This document shows positions 25,522 through 33,137 of a stretch of DNA of 33,137 nt, piece by piece. The DNA is from Chloroflexota bacterium (lineage in GTDB: Bacteria > Chloroflexota > Anaerolineae > Anaerolineales > Villigracilaceae), in assembly GCA_041157505.1 (NCBI GenBank), contig JBEBCV010000133.1, forward strand, positions 1-33,137, written 5' to 3'. Within the stretch, counting starts at the first letter, position 1. Each line of letters starts with the position of its first letter. The notes below the pieces were generated by a model that worked only from the letters and a program-made list of their open reading frames with translations, was not told where the DNA came from and made no database searches. A program made the translations under genes and the position numbers.

Positions 25522-25573
25522 CATTGTCCGAATGCCGGGATCAAGCCCGGGTGCGGTATGAAGCGGAAATCCA

Positions 25574-25604
25574 ATGGCGTCGTTCAGTGAACGGCGTCCA
25601 TTTT
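25574..25604 (+). terminator. Probable terminator hairpin after the GDPD gene
   Basis: ggcgtcgttc-agt-gaacggcgtc (with G-U pairs) followed by catttt. Confidence 0.5.
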
Positions 25605-25639
25605 GTCTTAATACCAAGTTGTGTTATAAGAGTGGGGCA

Positions 25640-28378
25640 ATGCGTTTAATCCGTATCTTTCTTCTTACTGTTTTTATTTTCACCCTTTTGCCAGGCTCGA
25701 TCTCAGCGCAAACAGCCACACCGCCTGCTGCGGTGCGGATTATTTTAAACTCGATGACGCCCGAGGAGCGGGTGGGTCAGTTGTTCCTGGTTACCTTTAC
25801 TGGTATGGATACTGGCACCGATGCTCAGATCAATGACCTGATTACGAAACACCATGTGGGTGGTGTTGTCCTGCTGGCAGAGAACGATAATTTCAGCGAG
25901 GACGATACACTGGCTCGTACTCATCAATTGATCGAAGAACTTCAGCGCTTGGAATGGAATAACTCTGCGAATACCTCTACCGACCCAGTGACTGGGAATT
26001 TGGTGAGGTATGTGTATGTGCCATTGTTCGTGGGCATCTCACAAGAAGGGGATGGCTATCCCACCGATCAAATTCTTAAGGGGCTGACGCCTTTGCCTAG
26101 TGAGATGGCGATTGGTGCAACTTGGAATACTGCATTTGCCGAAAGTGTGGGTAAGGTGCGTGGCAGTGAGATATCTTCTTTAGGTTTTAATTTATTCCTT
26201 GGTCCTTCATTGGATGTGCTTGAGACCCCTTCTGCCCCTGGTGGTGACTTGGGTACCCGTGTCTTTGGCGGCGACCCGTTCTGGGTAGGCGAGATGGGAC
26301 GCGCCTATGTGAATGGATTACACAGCGGCTCGGAAGGAAATATGTTGGTGATCGCCAAGCATTTTCCTGGTGCGGGCGGGGCAGATCGTCTGCCGCAAGA
26401 GGAAGTTGCCACAGTACGTAAATCGCTTGAGCAATTGAAGCAAGTGGAGTTTGCCCCTTTCTTTGAGGTGACAGGCAACGCGACCCAACCCGAAGAAGTG
26501 GTGGATGGATTGCTTGTTTCGCACATCCGGTATCAGGGATTCCAGGGCAATATCCGTGCCACCACGCGCCCGATCAGTTTTGACCAGCAAGCATTGGGAC
26601 AGATCATGGCGTTACCTGAATTCGCTGCGTGGTACAGCGACGGCGGTTTGTTGGTGAGTGATAATTTAGGCACAGCAGCCGTGAGCGAATTTTATGCAAC
26701 AGGCGGAAGTCAGTTCCAGGCGCGTGTTGCAGCACGAGATTCATTCCTCGCCGGAAATGACCTGTTATACCTTGGTAATATCAAAGGGGATGACTCACCG
26801 GACTCGTATACATCCGTTATCCGCACGCTTGATTTCTTTTCTCAAAAATACCGTGAAGATCCGGCATTCGCTCAGCGGGTGGATGCTTCGGTCTCGCGCA
26901 TTCTTGCAGCCAAGTATCGCTTATATGAAAGTTTTAATATTGATAATGTGATCGTGCCAGCTGTTTCATCTGTACAACAAGACTCTGGAACGGATATTAC
27001 ATTCCAGGTGGCGCGTAATTCTGCCACGCTCATCAGCCCAACCCAGCAAGACCTTGGGTCCATTCTTCCGTTGCCGCCTCAACCCAGTGACCGGATCGTT
27101 TTCCTTACGGATTCTGTCAGCATGGCGCAATGTTCGCAATGTACACCCCAGTCGCTTCTTGGGTCTGACGCGCTGCAAAATGCCATTTTACGTTTGTATG
27201 GTCCACAGGGCGGGAATCAAGTTGAAGAATTTCGCCTGAAATCATATTCATTCGAGAACTTGCAAGCCTGGTTGGATGCGCCGGATGAAAATCAATTTGT
27301 GGCAGATGATTTAGACAACGCCGACTGGGTGGTGGTTTCCATCACAGATGCATCGCGCAACCAGCCTGCATTGATCAGCCGTCTCTTCCGCGAGCGCCCA
27401 ACTTTGCTGCTCAACAAGCAGTTGATCCTGTTCTCGTTTGGCGCGCCATATTATTTTGATACCACCACTCTTTCACGCTTTACAGCCTATTACGCACTTT
27501 ATAGTAAACAACCACAATTCGTGGATGTGGCTGTGCGGCTTTTGTTCCAGGAATTATCCCCTGCAGGCGCTTCGCCGGTATCTGTGCCAGCAATGGGGTA
27601 TGAACTGATCGATGTGACCTCACCCAGCCCGATCCAGATCATCCCGATCTTTCTGGACCTTCCGCCTGTTCCTACAACCCCAAATGCAAGCGTCCCACCC
27701 GAAGCGACTCTAACCCCGCTCTTCAGCATTGGTGATACCATATCAATTCGCACTGGTGTTATTAAAGACCATAATGGCAACGCGGTCCCCGATGGGACAG
27801 TAGTTCGCTTCTCCATGTTGTTAACTGGGGAAGGGGGCGGCATTCTACAGCAAGTTGAATCTGTGACCACAGATGGTGTAGCGCGTGCAGCTTTTGGGTT
27901 GGATAAACCAGGTCTTTTGGAGATCCGTGTTGCCAGTGAACCTGCAGTGATATCCGAAGTATTGCAATTGGATGTTTCGCAGACAGGTGCGGTAGCCGTG
28001 ACAGTGGTTGTACCGGAACTGACGCAGTCTTCAGTACCAACGCCCACACCAGAGGTTGAAGAAATACCAGATACTTTTGTGACTCAGGAAGGGTACCCGC
28101 GGGTCTCTGCCTGGTCGCTTGCCATGTTGTTCGTGCTGCTCGGTTCAGGCGCTTTGTATGTCATTGCTTCGCGTTTTGTCAAACGCACCTCCGCTACCCG
28201 CTGGGCATTGGGTATGTTATTGGGTGGACTGTTTGCCTACAATCTAATGGCATTCGGCTTTTTCAACCTGCCGGAGTGGCTTTTGGAAGCGGGAATATCA
28301 GGCGTGATCTACACCACCATCACAGGTCAATTGTTGGGGTTTGCTGGCGGCTGGGTTTGGTCGCGCATTGGAAAATAG
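25640..28378 (+). CDS. Secreted, C-terminally membrane-anchored GH3 (NagZ-like) protein with an altered catalytic loop
   Basis: Signal peptide; MTPEERVGQLF, SQEGDG, MAIGAT, GFNL.LGP.LDV, R.FG.DP, KHFPG, SD nucleophile motif and AGNDLL; Ig-like VPDGTVV.F domain; 3 C-terminal TM helices. Start ATG 25640 fits the signal peptide. Confidence 0.85.
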   Translation: MRLIRIFLLTVFIFTLLPGSISAQTATPPAAVRIILNSMTPEERVGQLFLVTFTGMDTGTDAQINDLITKHHVGGVVLLAENDNFSEDDTLARTHQLIEELQRLEWNNSANTSTDPVTGNLVRYVYVPLFVGISQEGDGYPTDQILKGLTPLPSEMAIGATWNTAFAESVGKVRGSEISSLGFNLFLGPSLDVLETPSAPGGDLGTRVFGGDPFWVGEMGRAYVNGLHSGSEGNMLVIAKHFPGAGGADRLPQEEVATVRKSLEQLKQVEFAPFFEVTGNATQPEEVVDGLLVSHIRYQGFQGNIRATTRPISFDQQALGQIMALPEFAAWYSDGGLLVSDNLGTAAVSEFYATGGSQFQARVAARDSFLAGNDLLYLGNIKGDDSPDSYTSVIRTLDFFSQKYREDPAFAQRVDASVSRILAAKYRLYESFNIDNVIVPAVSSVQQDSGTDITFQVARNSATLISPTQQDLGSILPLPPQPSDRIVFLTDSVSMAQCSQCTPQSLLGSDALQNAILRLYGPQGGNQVEEFRLKSYSFENLQAWLDAPDENQFVADDLDNADWVVVSITDASRNQPALISRLFRERPTLLLNKQLILFSFGAPYYFDTTTLSRFTAYYALYSKQPQFVDVAVRLLFQELSPAGASPVSVPAMGYELIDVTSPSPIQIIPIFLDLPPVPTTPNASVPPEATLTPLFSIGDTISIRTGVIKDHNGNAVPDGTVVRFSMLLTGEGGGILQQVESVTTDGVARAAFGLDKPGLLEIRVASEPAVISEVLQLDVSQTGAVAVTVVVPELTQSSVPTPTPEVEEIPDTFVTQEGYPRVSAWSLAMLFVLLGSGALYVIASRFVKRTSATRWALGMLLGGLFAYNLMAFGFFNLPEWLLEAGISGVIYTTITGQLLGFAGGWVWSRIGK

Positions 28379-28454
28379 TACCATCAACTCATTCTGTTTC
28401 TTGTGTTCAGTGATAACATTTAAAAGGTTGAATTTACAAGGTTAGGAGATATGA

Positions 28455-29480
28455 ATGGAATCCAACAGCAAAGCTGGAAAAAATAAAGTAATCAAAGCGA
28501 AACAACCTCCAATCCTGTTCGATAAAACACAGTCGATCATCGCGGATCTGACCAAAAAACTGGGCGGCACGCTCGTAACATACTTCAACAATCCACGCGG
28601 CGCGGTGTGTCATGATGATGTTTTGGCATTGTTCGAACTACTCGAACAGATCGGAAAGCAGGAAAAGATCTACCTATTTATTAAATCCAGCGGCGGCAAT
28701 GGACAAGCCTCACTGCGGATCGTAAATCTTCTGCGCCAGTATTGCGATGAAGTCATTGCGGTTATTCCGCTGGAATGTGCTTCTGCAGCGACCATGATCA
28801 CCCTTGGTGCAAATGAAATTCACATGGGACCGATGGCGTATCTCACATCCGTGGATACTTCGCTTACACATGCGCTTTCGCCCATCGACCGTGACAACGA
28901 TCGTGTCAGCGTCAGCTTGGATGAATTGAACCGTGTCGTGAAACTGTGGCAGGACCAAAGATCCGATTCGAACGAGAACCCTTATCAGCAACTCTTCCAA
29001 CATGTGCATCCGCTCGTGATCGGCGCAGTGGACCGGGCTGAGTCCCTTTCCATTATGTTGTGCAAAGAATTGCTCGCCTATCACATCAAAGAAGAGCAGG
29101 TTGCCGAGAAGATCGCCTCCACGCTCAACTCCAAATACCCTTCGCATGGATACCCCATCCTTTTCGAAGAAGCACATCGCATTGGCTTGAAGGTCAGCCA
29201 TCTTTCGCCGGAGATCAACTCGCAGCTGCTTGAACTCAACGAGCTCTACAGTGAAATGGGTCAGCGTGCCACGACAGACTTCGACGATACCCACGCACAT
29301 GGCAATGAGATTCTCAACATCTGGGAATCGACCGATGTGCTGGTGTATTACCAACAAGACAAAGACTGGTTCTACCGCACCGAAGAGCGACGCTGGATCT
29401 CGCTCAACGACAATAGTAGTTGGCGGCGAATGCACAAAAAAGGCAACAAAGTGGAGAAATCCATCCTTCATATTTCTTAA
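28455..29480 (+). CDS. SDH-family Clp-fold serine proteinase (SDH_sah-like)
   Basis: LFIKSSGGNG, VIPLECASAATMITLGANEIHMG (Ser), LTSVD (Asp), YPSHGYPI...EA..IGL (His); SD aggag. Confidence 0.85.
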   Translation: MESNSKAGKNKVIKAKQPPILFDKTQSIIADLTKKLGGTLVTYFNNPRGAVCHDDVLALFELLEQIGKQEKIYLFIKSSGGNGQASLRIVNLLRQYCDEVIAVIPLECASAATMITLGANEIHMGPMAYLTSVDTSLTHALSPIDRDNDRVSVSLDELNRVVKLWQDQRSDSNENPYQQLFQHVHPLVIGAVDRAESLSIMLCKELLAYHIKEEQVAEKIASTLNSKYPSHGYPILFEEAHRIGLKVSHLSPEINSQLLELNELYSEMGQRATTDFDDTHAHGNEILNIWESTDVLVYYQQDKDWFYRTEERRWISLNDNSSWRRMHKKGNKVEKSILHIS

Positions 29481-29486
29481 GGTTTT

Positions 29487-29515
29487 GAGGCACAGTTCCC
29501 CGCTGTGCCTCTTTT
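29487..29515 (+). terminator. Intrinsic terminator
   Basis: gaggcacag-ttccccg-ctgtgcctc-tttt. Confidence 0.85.
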
Positions 29516-29547
29516 ATTCAAGGGGGAGGGGAAAAATCAACTCGTTG

Positions 29548-29583
29548 CAAAACCTGTACAAAACCTGTGCATTGCGCTATAAT
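29548..29583 (+). promoter_or_regulatory. Promoter with a tandem 11-bp direct repeat upstream of TATAAT
   Basis: caaaacctgta caaaacctgtg at 29548-29569, then TATAAT at 29578-29583. Confidence 0.6.
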
Positions 29584-29605
29584 GCCGTAACTCGAAAAGG
29601 TAAAT

Positions 29606-30205
29606 ATGGCAAAAAACATTCAACTCAAATTTAACGACCAAGCCCCCGATATAACGCTTTTGGATGGCGCTGGCAAGCCTGTGCAACTTTCCTCGCTTTG
29701 GAAGAAGCATGTTGTTGTACTCGCCTTCACCCGCCATTTTGGATGCCCGCAATGCAAAGAGATGGTGGACCAGCTGATCGATGCGCATCAGACTCTGACC
29801 GATGCCGGGTTGCTGCTCGCGATCGTTTCTCACGCCTCACCCGAGTCTGCCAAGGCGTTCTGCGATCAGCGCGCTCCCAACGCCTTGTGTCTCGCCGACC
29901 CAGACCGCAGCGCTTACAAAGCCTATGGCCTCTACCGCGGCACACTCTGGCAGACCATCCTCTCGCCAAATATTTGGAAGTCCAACCGCAGGCTGGCGCG
30001 GCAGAAGGGCATTAAACCTGGTGTGCCGCTTCCCGGACAGGACGCCTATCAAATGTCCGGCACCTTTGTCATCGGAATGGACGGCCGCATTCGCCTGCCG
30101 TATTACTACGAAGATATCGCCGATCATCCTCCCGTGGACCTGCTCTTACATGGCATCATGGGAATGGATTGGAAGAAACCATTCGACTCAAAACCGTTGG
30201 TCTAG
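29606..30205 (+). CDS. AhpC/TSA peroxiredoxin-like redox protein (PRXL2-like, CxxC)
   Basis: APDITL.D..G..V.LSSLW, F.RHFGCPQC, LADPDR.AYKAYGL, Q..GTFVI..DG.I and DHP motifs. Confidence 0.88.
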   Translation: MAKNIQLKFNDQAPDITLLDGAGKPVQLSSLWKKHVVVLAFTRHFGCPQCKEMVDQLIDAHQTLTDAGLLLAIVSHASPESAKAFCDQRAPNALCLADPDRSAYKAYGLYRGTLWQTILSPNIWKSNRRLARQKGIKPGVPLPGQDAYQMSGTFVIGMDGRIRLPYYYEDIADHPPVDLLLHGIMGMDWKKPFDSKPLV

Positions 30206-30218
30206 GAAGTGATCAGAA

Positions 30219-31379
30219 ATGAATAGTATTTTTATAGCAACCTATCTGGCTCTCAAAGAGGTCATTCGCAACCGCGGACGTTTCTTGATGGTCGCGTTGG
30301 TGATCGCATTGATCACCGTTTTGGTCTTGTTCATTGCTGCGCTTGGTGAAGGTCTTTCAGATGCGAACCGGCAATATGTTGCCAATCTCGATGCGCAATT
30401 GATCGTCTTTCTCGAAAAGTCAGATTACAGCATTACCGCCAGCCGTTTGGAAACGAATACCGTCAAAGCTGTTCGCCGGTTGGATGGTGTGGCAGATGCC
30501 GGACCGATCTACACCTCGAATTCAGAGATCGTCTCTTTGCCAGAACCGCTCAAGATCTCCATGCTTGGTGTGGAAGCTGAAAAGCCTGGTATGCCGCCGC
30601 TTGTGGATGGTCGTTATTTCCGCGGTGGGGAAGCACGTGAAGCCGTGATGGATATGAGTGTGGCACAGCGCACTGGTTTGCAGATCGGCGATGAGATCGA
30701 AATTCGCTCTACGCAAGGTACAGAAGATGAGTTCTACAAATTGAAGATCGTTGGGCTTGTGGATAAACAAGCATATTTCTTCCAACCGACCATCTTTGTC
30801 CCTGCTGCCACGTGGGAGTTGATGCGCCCTCAGCCGGAAGCGGATCTGAACAGTGATACTCCTTACCCGAATATTGTGGCTGTCAAATTGGAAGACCCCA
30901 CCCAGGTTGAGGCAATGAAGCTTCTGCTTGTGGAGCGTGTGCCAAATATCGAAGTGGCAGATATCGAAACTACCATCAACAATATTCCCGGCTACACCGC
31001 CCAGCAGGGAACGGTTCAGACTCAGGCTGTCTTTACCTTGCTGATCGGTATTCTGGTCATTGGCGGCTTTTTCCAAATTCAAATTTTGCAGAAGGTACCG
31101 CAGATCGGTGTGTTGAAAGCCATTGGCTCATCGAATTATGTGGTTGGGCTTTCGGCAGTTATTCAGATCATAATCGTCACCGCCATGGGCGTGGGCATTG
31201 GCGCGACCCTTAATTATCTGTTCTCGCTTGGTTTGCCTCCCACCATTCCGCTCGCGTTCAATGGGACTCGTTCGTTGTTCGCCATTGTTCTGCTGCTCTT
31301 CATCGGTCCGTTGGGCGGATTGGTCTCCATCATTTATGCTGTTCGTATCGAGCCGCTCAAGGCTCTCAGGTTAGGGTAG
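30219..31379 (+). CDS. ABC exporter permease, MacB/FtsX type (HrtB-like)
   Basis: LALKEV.RNRGRF..V..VIALI..LV.FI.AL.EGL N-terminal TM, extracellular domain, QK..QIGVLKAIG, 3 C-terminal TM helices ending IEPLKAL. Confidence 0.88.
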   Translation: MNSIFIATYLALKEVIRNRGRFLMVALVIALITVLVLFIAALGEGLSDANRQYVANLDAQLIVFLEKSDYSITASRLETNTVKAVRRLDGVADAGPIYTSNSEIVSLPEPLKISMLGVEAEKPGMPPLVDGRYFRGGEAREAVMDMSVAQRTGLQIGDEIEIRSTQGTEDEFYKLKIVGLVDKQAYFFQPTIFVPAATWELMRPQPEADLNSDTPYPNIVAVKLEDPTQVEAMKLLLVERVPNIEVADIETTINNIPGYTAQQGTVQTQAVFTLLIGILVIGGFFQIQILQKVPQIGVLKAIGSSNYVVGLSAVIQIIIVTAMGVGIGATLNYLFSLGLPPTIPLAFNGTRSLFAIVLLLFIGPLGGLVSIIYAVRIEPLKALRLG

Positions 31380-31382
31380 AAA

Positions 31383-32111
31383 ATGTCAGATGTTGCATTG
31401 GAAGTTCGTGATCTAGTGAAATCATTCTCGCTTGATGGTGCAACCATCAACGCGGTGGATCAAGTTTCGTTTCAAGTAAAGTTCGGCGAATTCGTGGCTC
31501 TGGTTGGTCCCAGTGGTTCCGGTAAGACGACCATGCTCTCCATTCTTGCCGCCCTGCTTACGCCCACCAGCGGACAAGTCCTCATCGATGGGCAGGACCT
31601 CTCCAAGATGAGCGAAAAAGAACGTGTCAAACTGCGCCGTGAAAAGATCGGGTTTACTTTTCAGTCAAATAACTTGATTCCGTATCTTTCTGCCCGCGAG
31701 AACGTAGAATTCATGCTGCGTCTCAACGGCAAACTTGACCATGCCAGCCGGATCCGTTCGGATGAGTTATTGGCACGTCTTGGTCTGGCGGAACGCTTGC
31801 ACAATTTGCCTGCTCAAATGTCTGGCGGTCAGCAGCAGCGTGTGGCGATTGCCCGTGCTCTTATCCACAACCCTGCGCTCGTACTAGCGGATGAACCCAC
31901 CGCCTCGCTCGACACCGAGCGTGCTTTCCAAGTCGTTGAAACCTTTGCCAACCTCATCCACGAAAATGGACGCGCTGGCATCATCGTCACTCACGACTTA
32001 CGCATGTGCCAATTCGTGGACCGCGTGCTGCAAATGCAAGATGGCAAACTCGTCCGCGTGTATGAGACCAAGAAAGAGATCAAAGATCTGGTAAGCGCTG
32101 CAGTACATTAA
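31383..32111 (+). CDS. ABC transporter ATP-binding protein (LolD/HrtA-like)
   Basis: GPSGSGKTT, MSGGQQQRVAIARAL, LADEPTASLD and VTHD motifs. Confidence 0.95.
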   Translation: MSDVALEVRDLVKSFSLDGATINAVDQVSFQVKFGEFVALVGPSGSGKTTMLSILAALLTPTSGQVLIDGQDLSKMSEKERVKLRREKIGFTFQSNNLIPYLSARENVEFMLRLNGKLDHASRIRSDELLARLGLAERLHNLPAQMSGGQQQRVAIARALIHNPALVLADEPTASLDTERAFQVVETFANLIHENGRAGIIVTHDLRMCQFVDRVLQMQDGKLVRVYETKKEIKDLVSAAVH

Positions 32112-32157
32112 GTTTTAGTTATACATCAAGACGGGTCGACATTAGAATTCAAGAATC

Positions 32158-32189
32158 AAAAAGGCATCCAGAAATTTCTGGATGCCTTT
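32158..32189. terminator. Bidirectional intrinsic terminator
   Basis: aaaaaggcatccagaaa/tttctggatgccttt palindrome between convergent genes. Confidence 0.88.
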
Positions 32190-32211
32190 ATTGTTTACTA
32201 ACTTCTGGCTC

Positions 32212-33135
32212 TTATGCAGTTTCCAAGTAGCGCTGAATTTCAAAGTCCGTTACGCGCAGGCGGAACTCATCCCATTCTTCCCACTTGGCGCGCATGTAAG
32301 CCTCGAACAGGTAATCACCCATGGCAGCCTTGAGGACTTCATTCTTCTCCAATTCCTTCAAGGATTCAGCCAATGAGCCGGGAAGTTCGGTCACGCCCAA
32401 CTTGGCACGTTCTTCCTTGTTGAGGTGATACAGGTTGATGTTGTTCAAAGGCTTGGACACCTTCATGTTCTTGTCGATGCCATCGAGCGCGGCAGCAAGC
32501 ATGACGGTGAACGCCAAATACGGGTTGGACGACGGATCGGGGAAGCGCAATTCAGCGCGGACCGCCTTGTCGCGTCCTTCGGTGTAGCGTGGGATGCGAA
32601 TGAGCGCTGAACGGTTCTGCTGAGCCCAACCGATGTACACAGGTGCTTCATAGCCCGGAACCAAACGCTTGTAAGAGTTTACGGTCGGGGCGACGACACC
32701 AGCAAGAGCACGGGCATGTTCGAGCTGACCAGCGATGAAGGAGTATGCCAACGGGGATAGGTGAGCTTCATCCTTGGCATCGAAGAAAAGGTTGTTGCCG
32801 GTCTTTGTATCGAACAAAGACTGATGGCAGTGCATACCAGAGCCGTTGATACCGTATACAGGCTTGGGCATGAAAGAAGCGACGAGACCATGTTGGGCAG
32901 CGATCGCCTTCACCGTGTACTTAAGCGTCAGGACGTTATCCGCAGCCTTGAGCGCGTCCGCGAAGCGGAAATCAATTTCATGCTGACCGAGCGCAACTTC
33001 GTGATGACCGACTTCCACGTCGAGTCCCATCTGGTCGAGGGCATCCATCAACGCAGTGCGGACGACAACGGCTTCATCGAAAGATGAGAAATCGAAGTAA
33101 CCGCCCAGATCGTGGGGGACAGGGTGTACGCCATT
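32212..33135 (-). CDS. glnA: Type I glutamine synthetase, 5'-partial (continues beyond the window)
   Basis: HHEVA.GQHEIDF, FMPKP..GINGSGMH.HQSL, NSYKRLVPGYEAP, NRSALIRIP and ELRFPDP..NPYL motifs. The frame is open to the window edge (..PHDLGGYFD..). Confidence 0.95.
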   Translation of the reverse strand, partial: NGVHPVPHDLGGYFDFSSFDEAVVVRTALMDALDQMGLDVEVGHHEVALGQHEIDFRFADALKAADNVLTLKYTVKAIAAQHGLVASFMPKPVYGINGSGMHCHQSLFDTKTGNNLFFDAKDEAHLSPLAYSFIAGQLEHARALAGVVAPTVNSYKRLVPGYEAPVYIGWAQQNRSALIRIPRYTEGRDKAVRAELRFPDPSSNPYLAFTVMLAAALDGIDKNMKVSKPLNNINLYHLNKEERAKLGVTELPGSLAESLKELEKNEVLKAAMGDYLFEAYMRAKWEEWDEFRLRVTDFEIQRYLETA

Positions 33136-33137
33136 GG

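Noticed and set aside
25533-25551. ccggg-atcaag-cccgg hairpin resembling a REP-family loop or a small RNA
   Set aside because: Single, short, degenerate copy with no partner arm in the window; it cannot be supported as an element or ncRNA.
29606-30205. Selenoprotein or recoding in the Prx-like gene
   Set aside because: The CxxC is encoded by normal Cys codons and the frame has no internal TGA.
1-33137. CRISPR arrays, tRNA/rRNA genes, IS elements, prophage, integrase or recognisable defence systems
   Set aside because: No spaced repeat arrays, cloverleaf motifs, transposase, integrase or phage genes were seen. Intergenic regions are short and explained by terminators and promoters.

Overview
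A 33 kb core-genome-like bacterial segment of about 50% GC by eye, with no phage, IS, CRISPR or RNA genes seen. Gene content and style (many Thr/Pro-rich lipoproteins, a GAAC-N4-GTTC-type SOS box, TATAAT boxes directly in front of start codons) suggest Chloroflexota, probably Anaerolineales; this is an inference. About 28 CDS are present: a membrane GAF-GGDEF cyclase, yjbQ, a stand-alone acidic tandem-Tudor protein, an ArcE/COG2403 arginine-synthetase-like P-loop ligase, two ECF sigma modules, bioY, an arginine-deiminase-family enzyme, argS, a CPT-like kinase, rpsT, a LysM protein, uvrA, an S41 peptidase, a GT2, a wHTH-AAA+ ATPase, a GDPD, an atypical membrane GH3, an SDH Clp-fold protease, a Prx-like/HrtBA-like operon and a partial glnA. 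Many intrinsic terminators are clear. The best leads are: (1) a bacterial SMN/53BP1-like tandem Tudor protein beside a cluster of arginine-handling enzymes (ArcE-like, ADI-like, ArgS); (2) an ECF sigma-degV-mini-anti-sigma operon that could be a fatty-acid-sensing switch; (3) a NagZ-like GH3 that lacks its canonical catalytic loop. All assignments come from motif recognition by eye, with no database searches.
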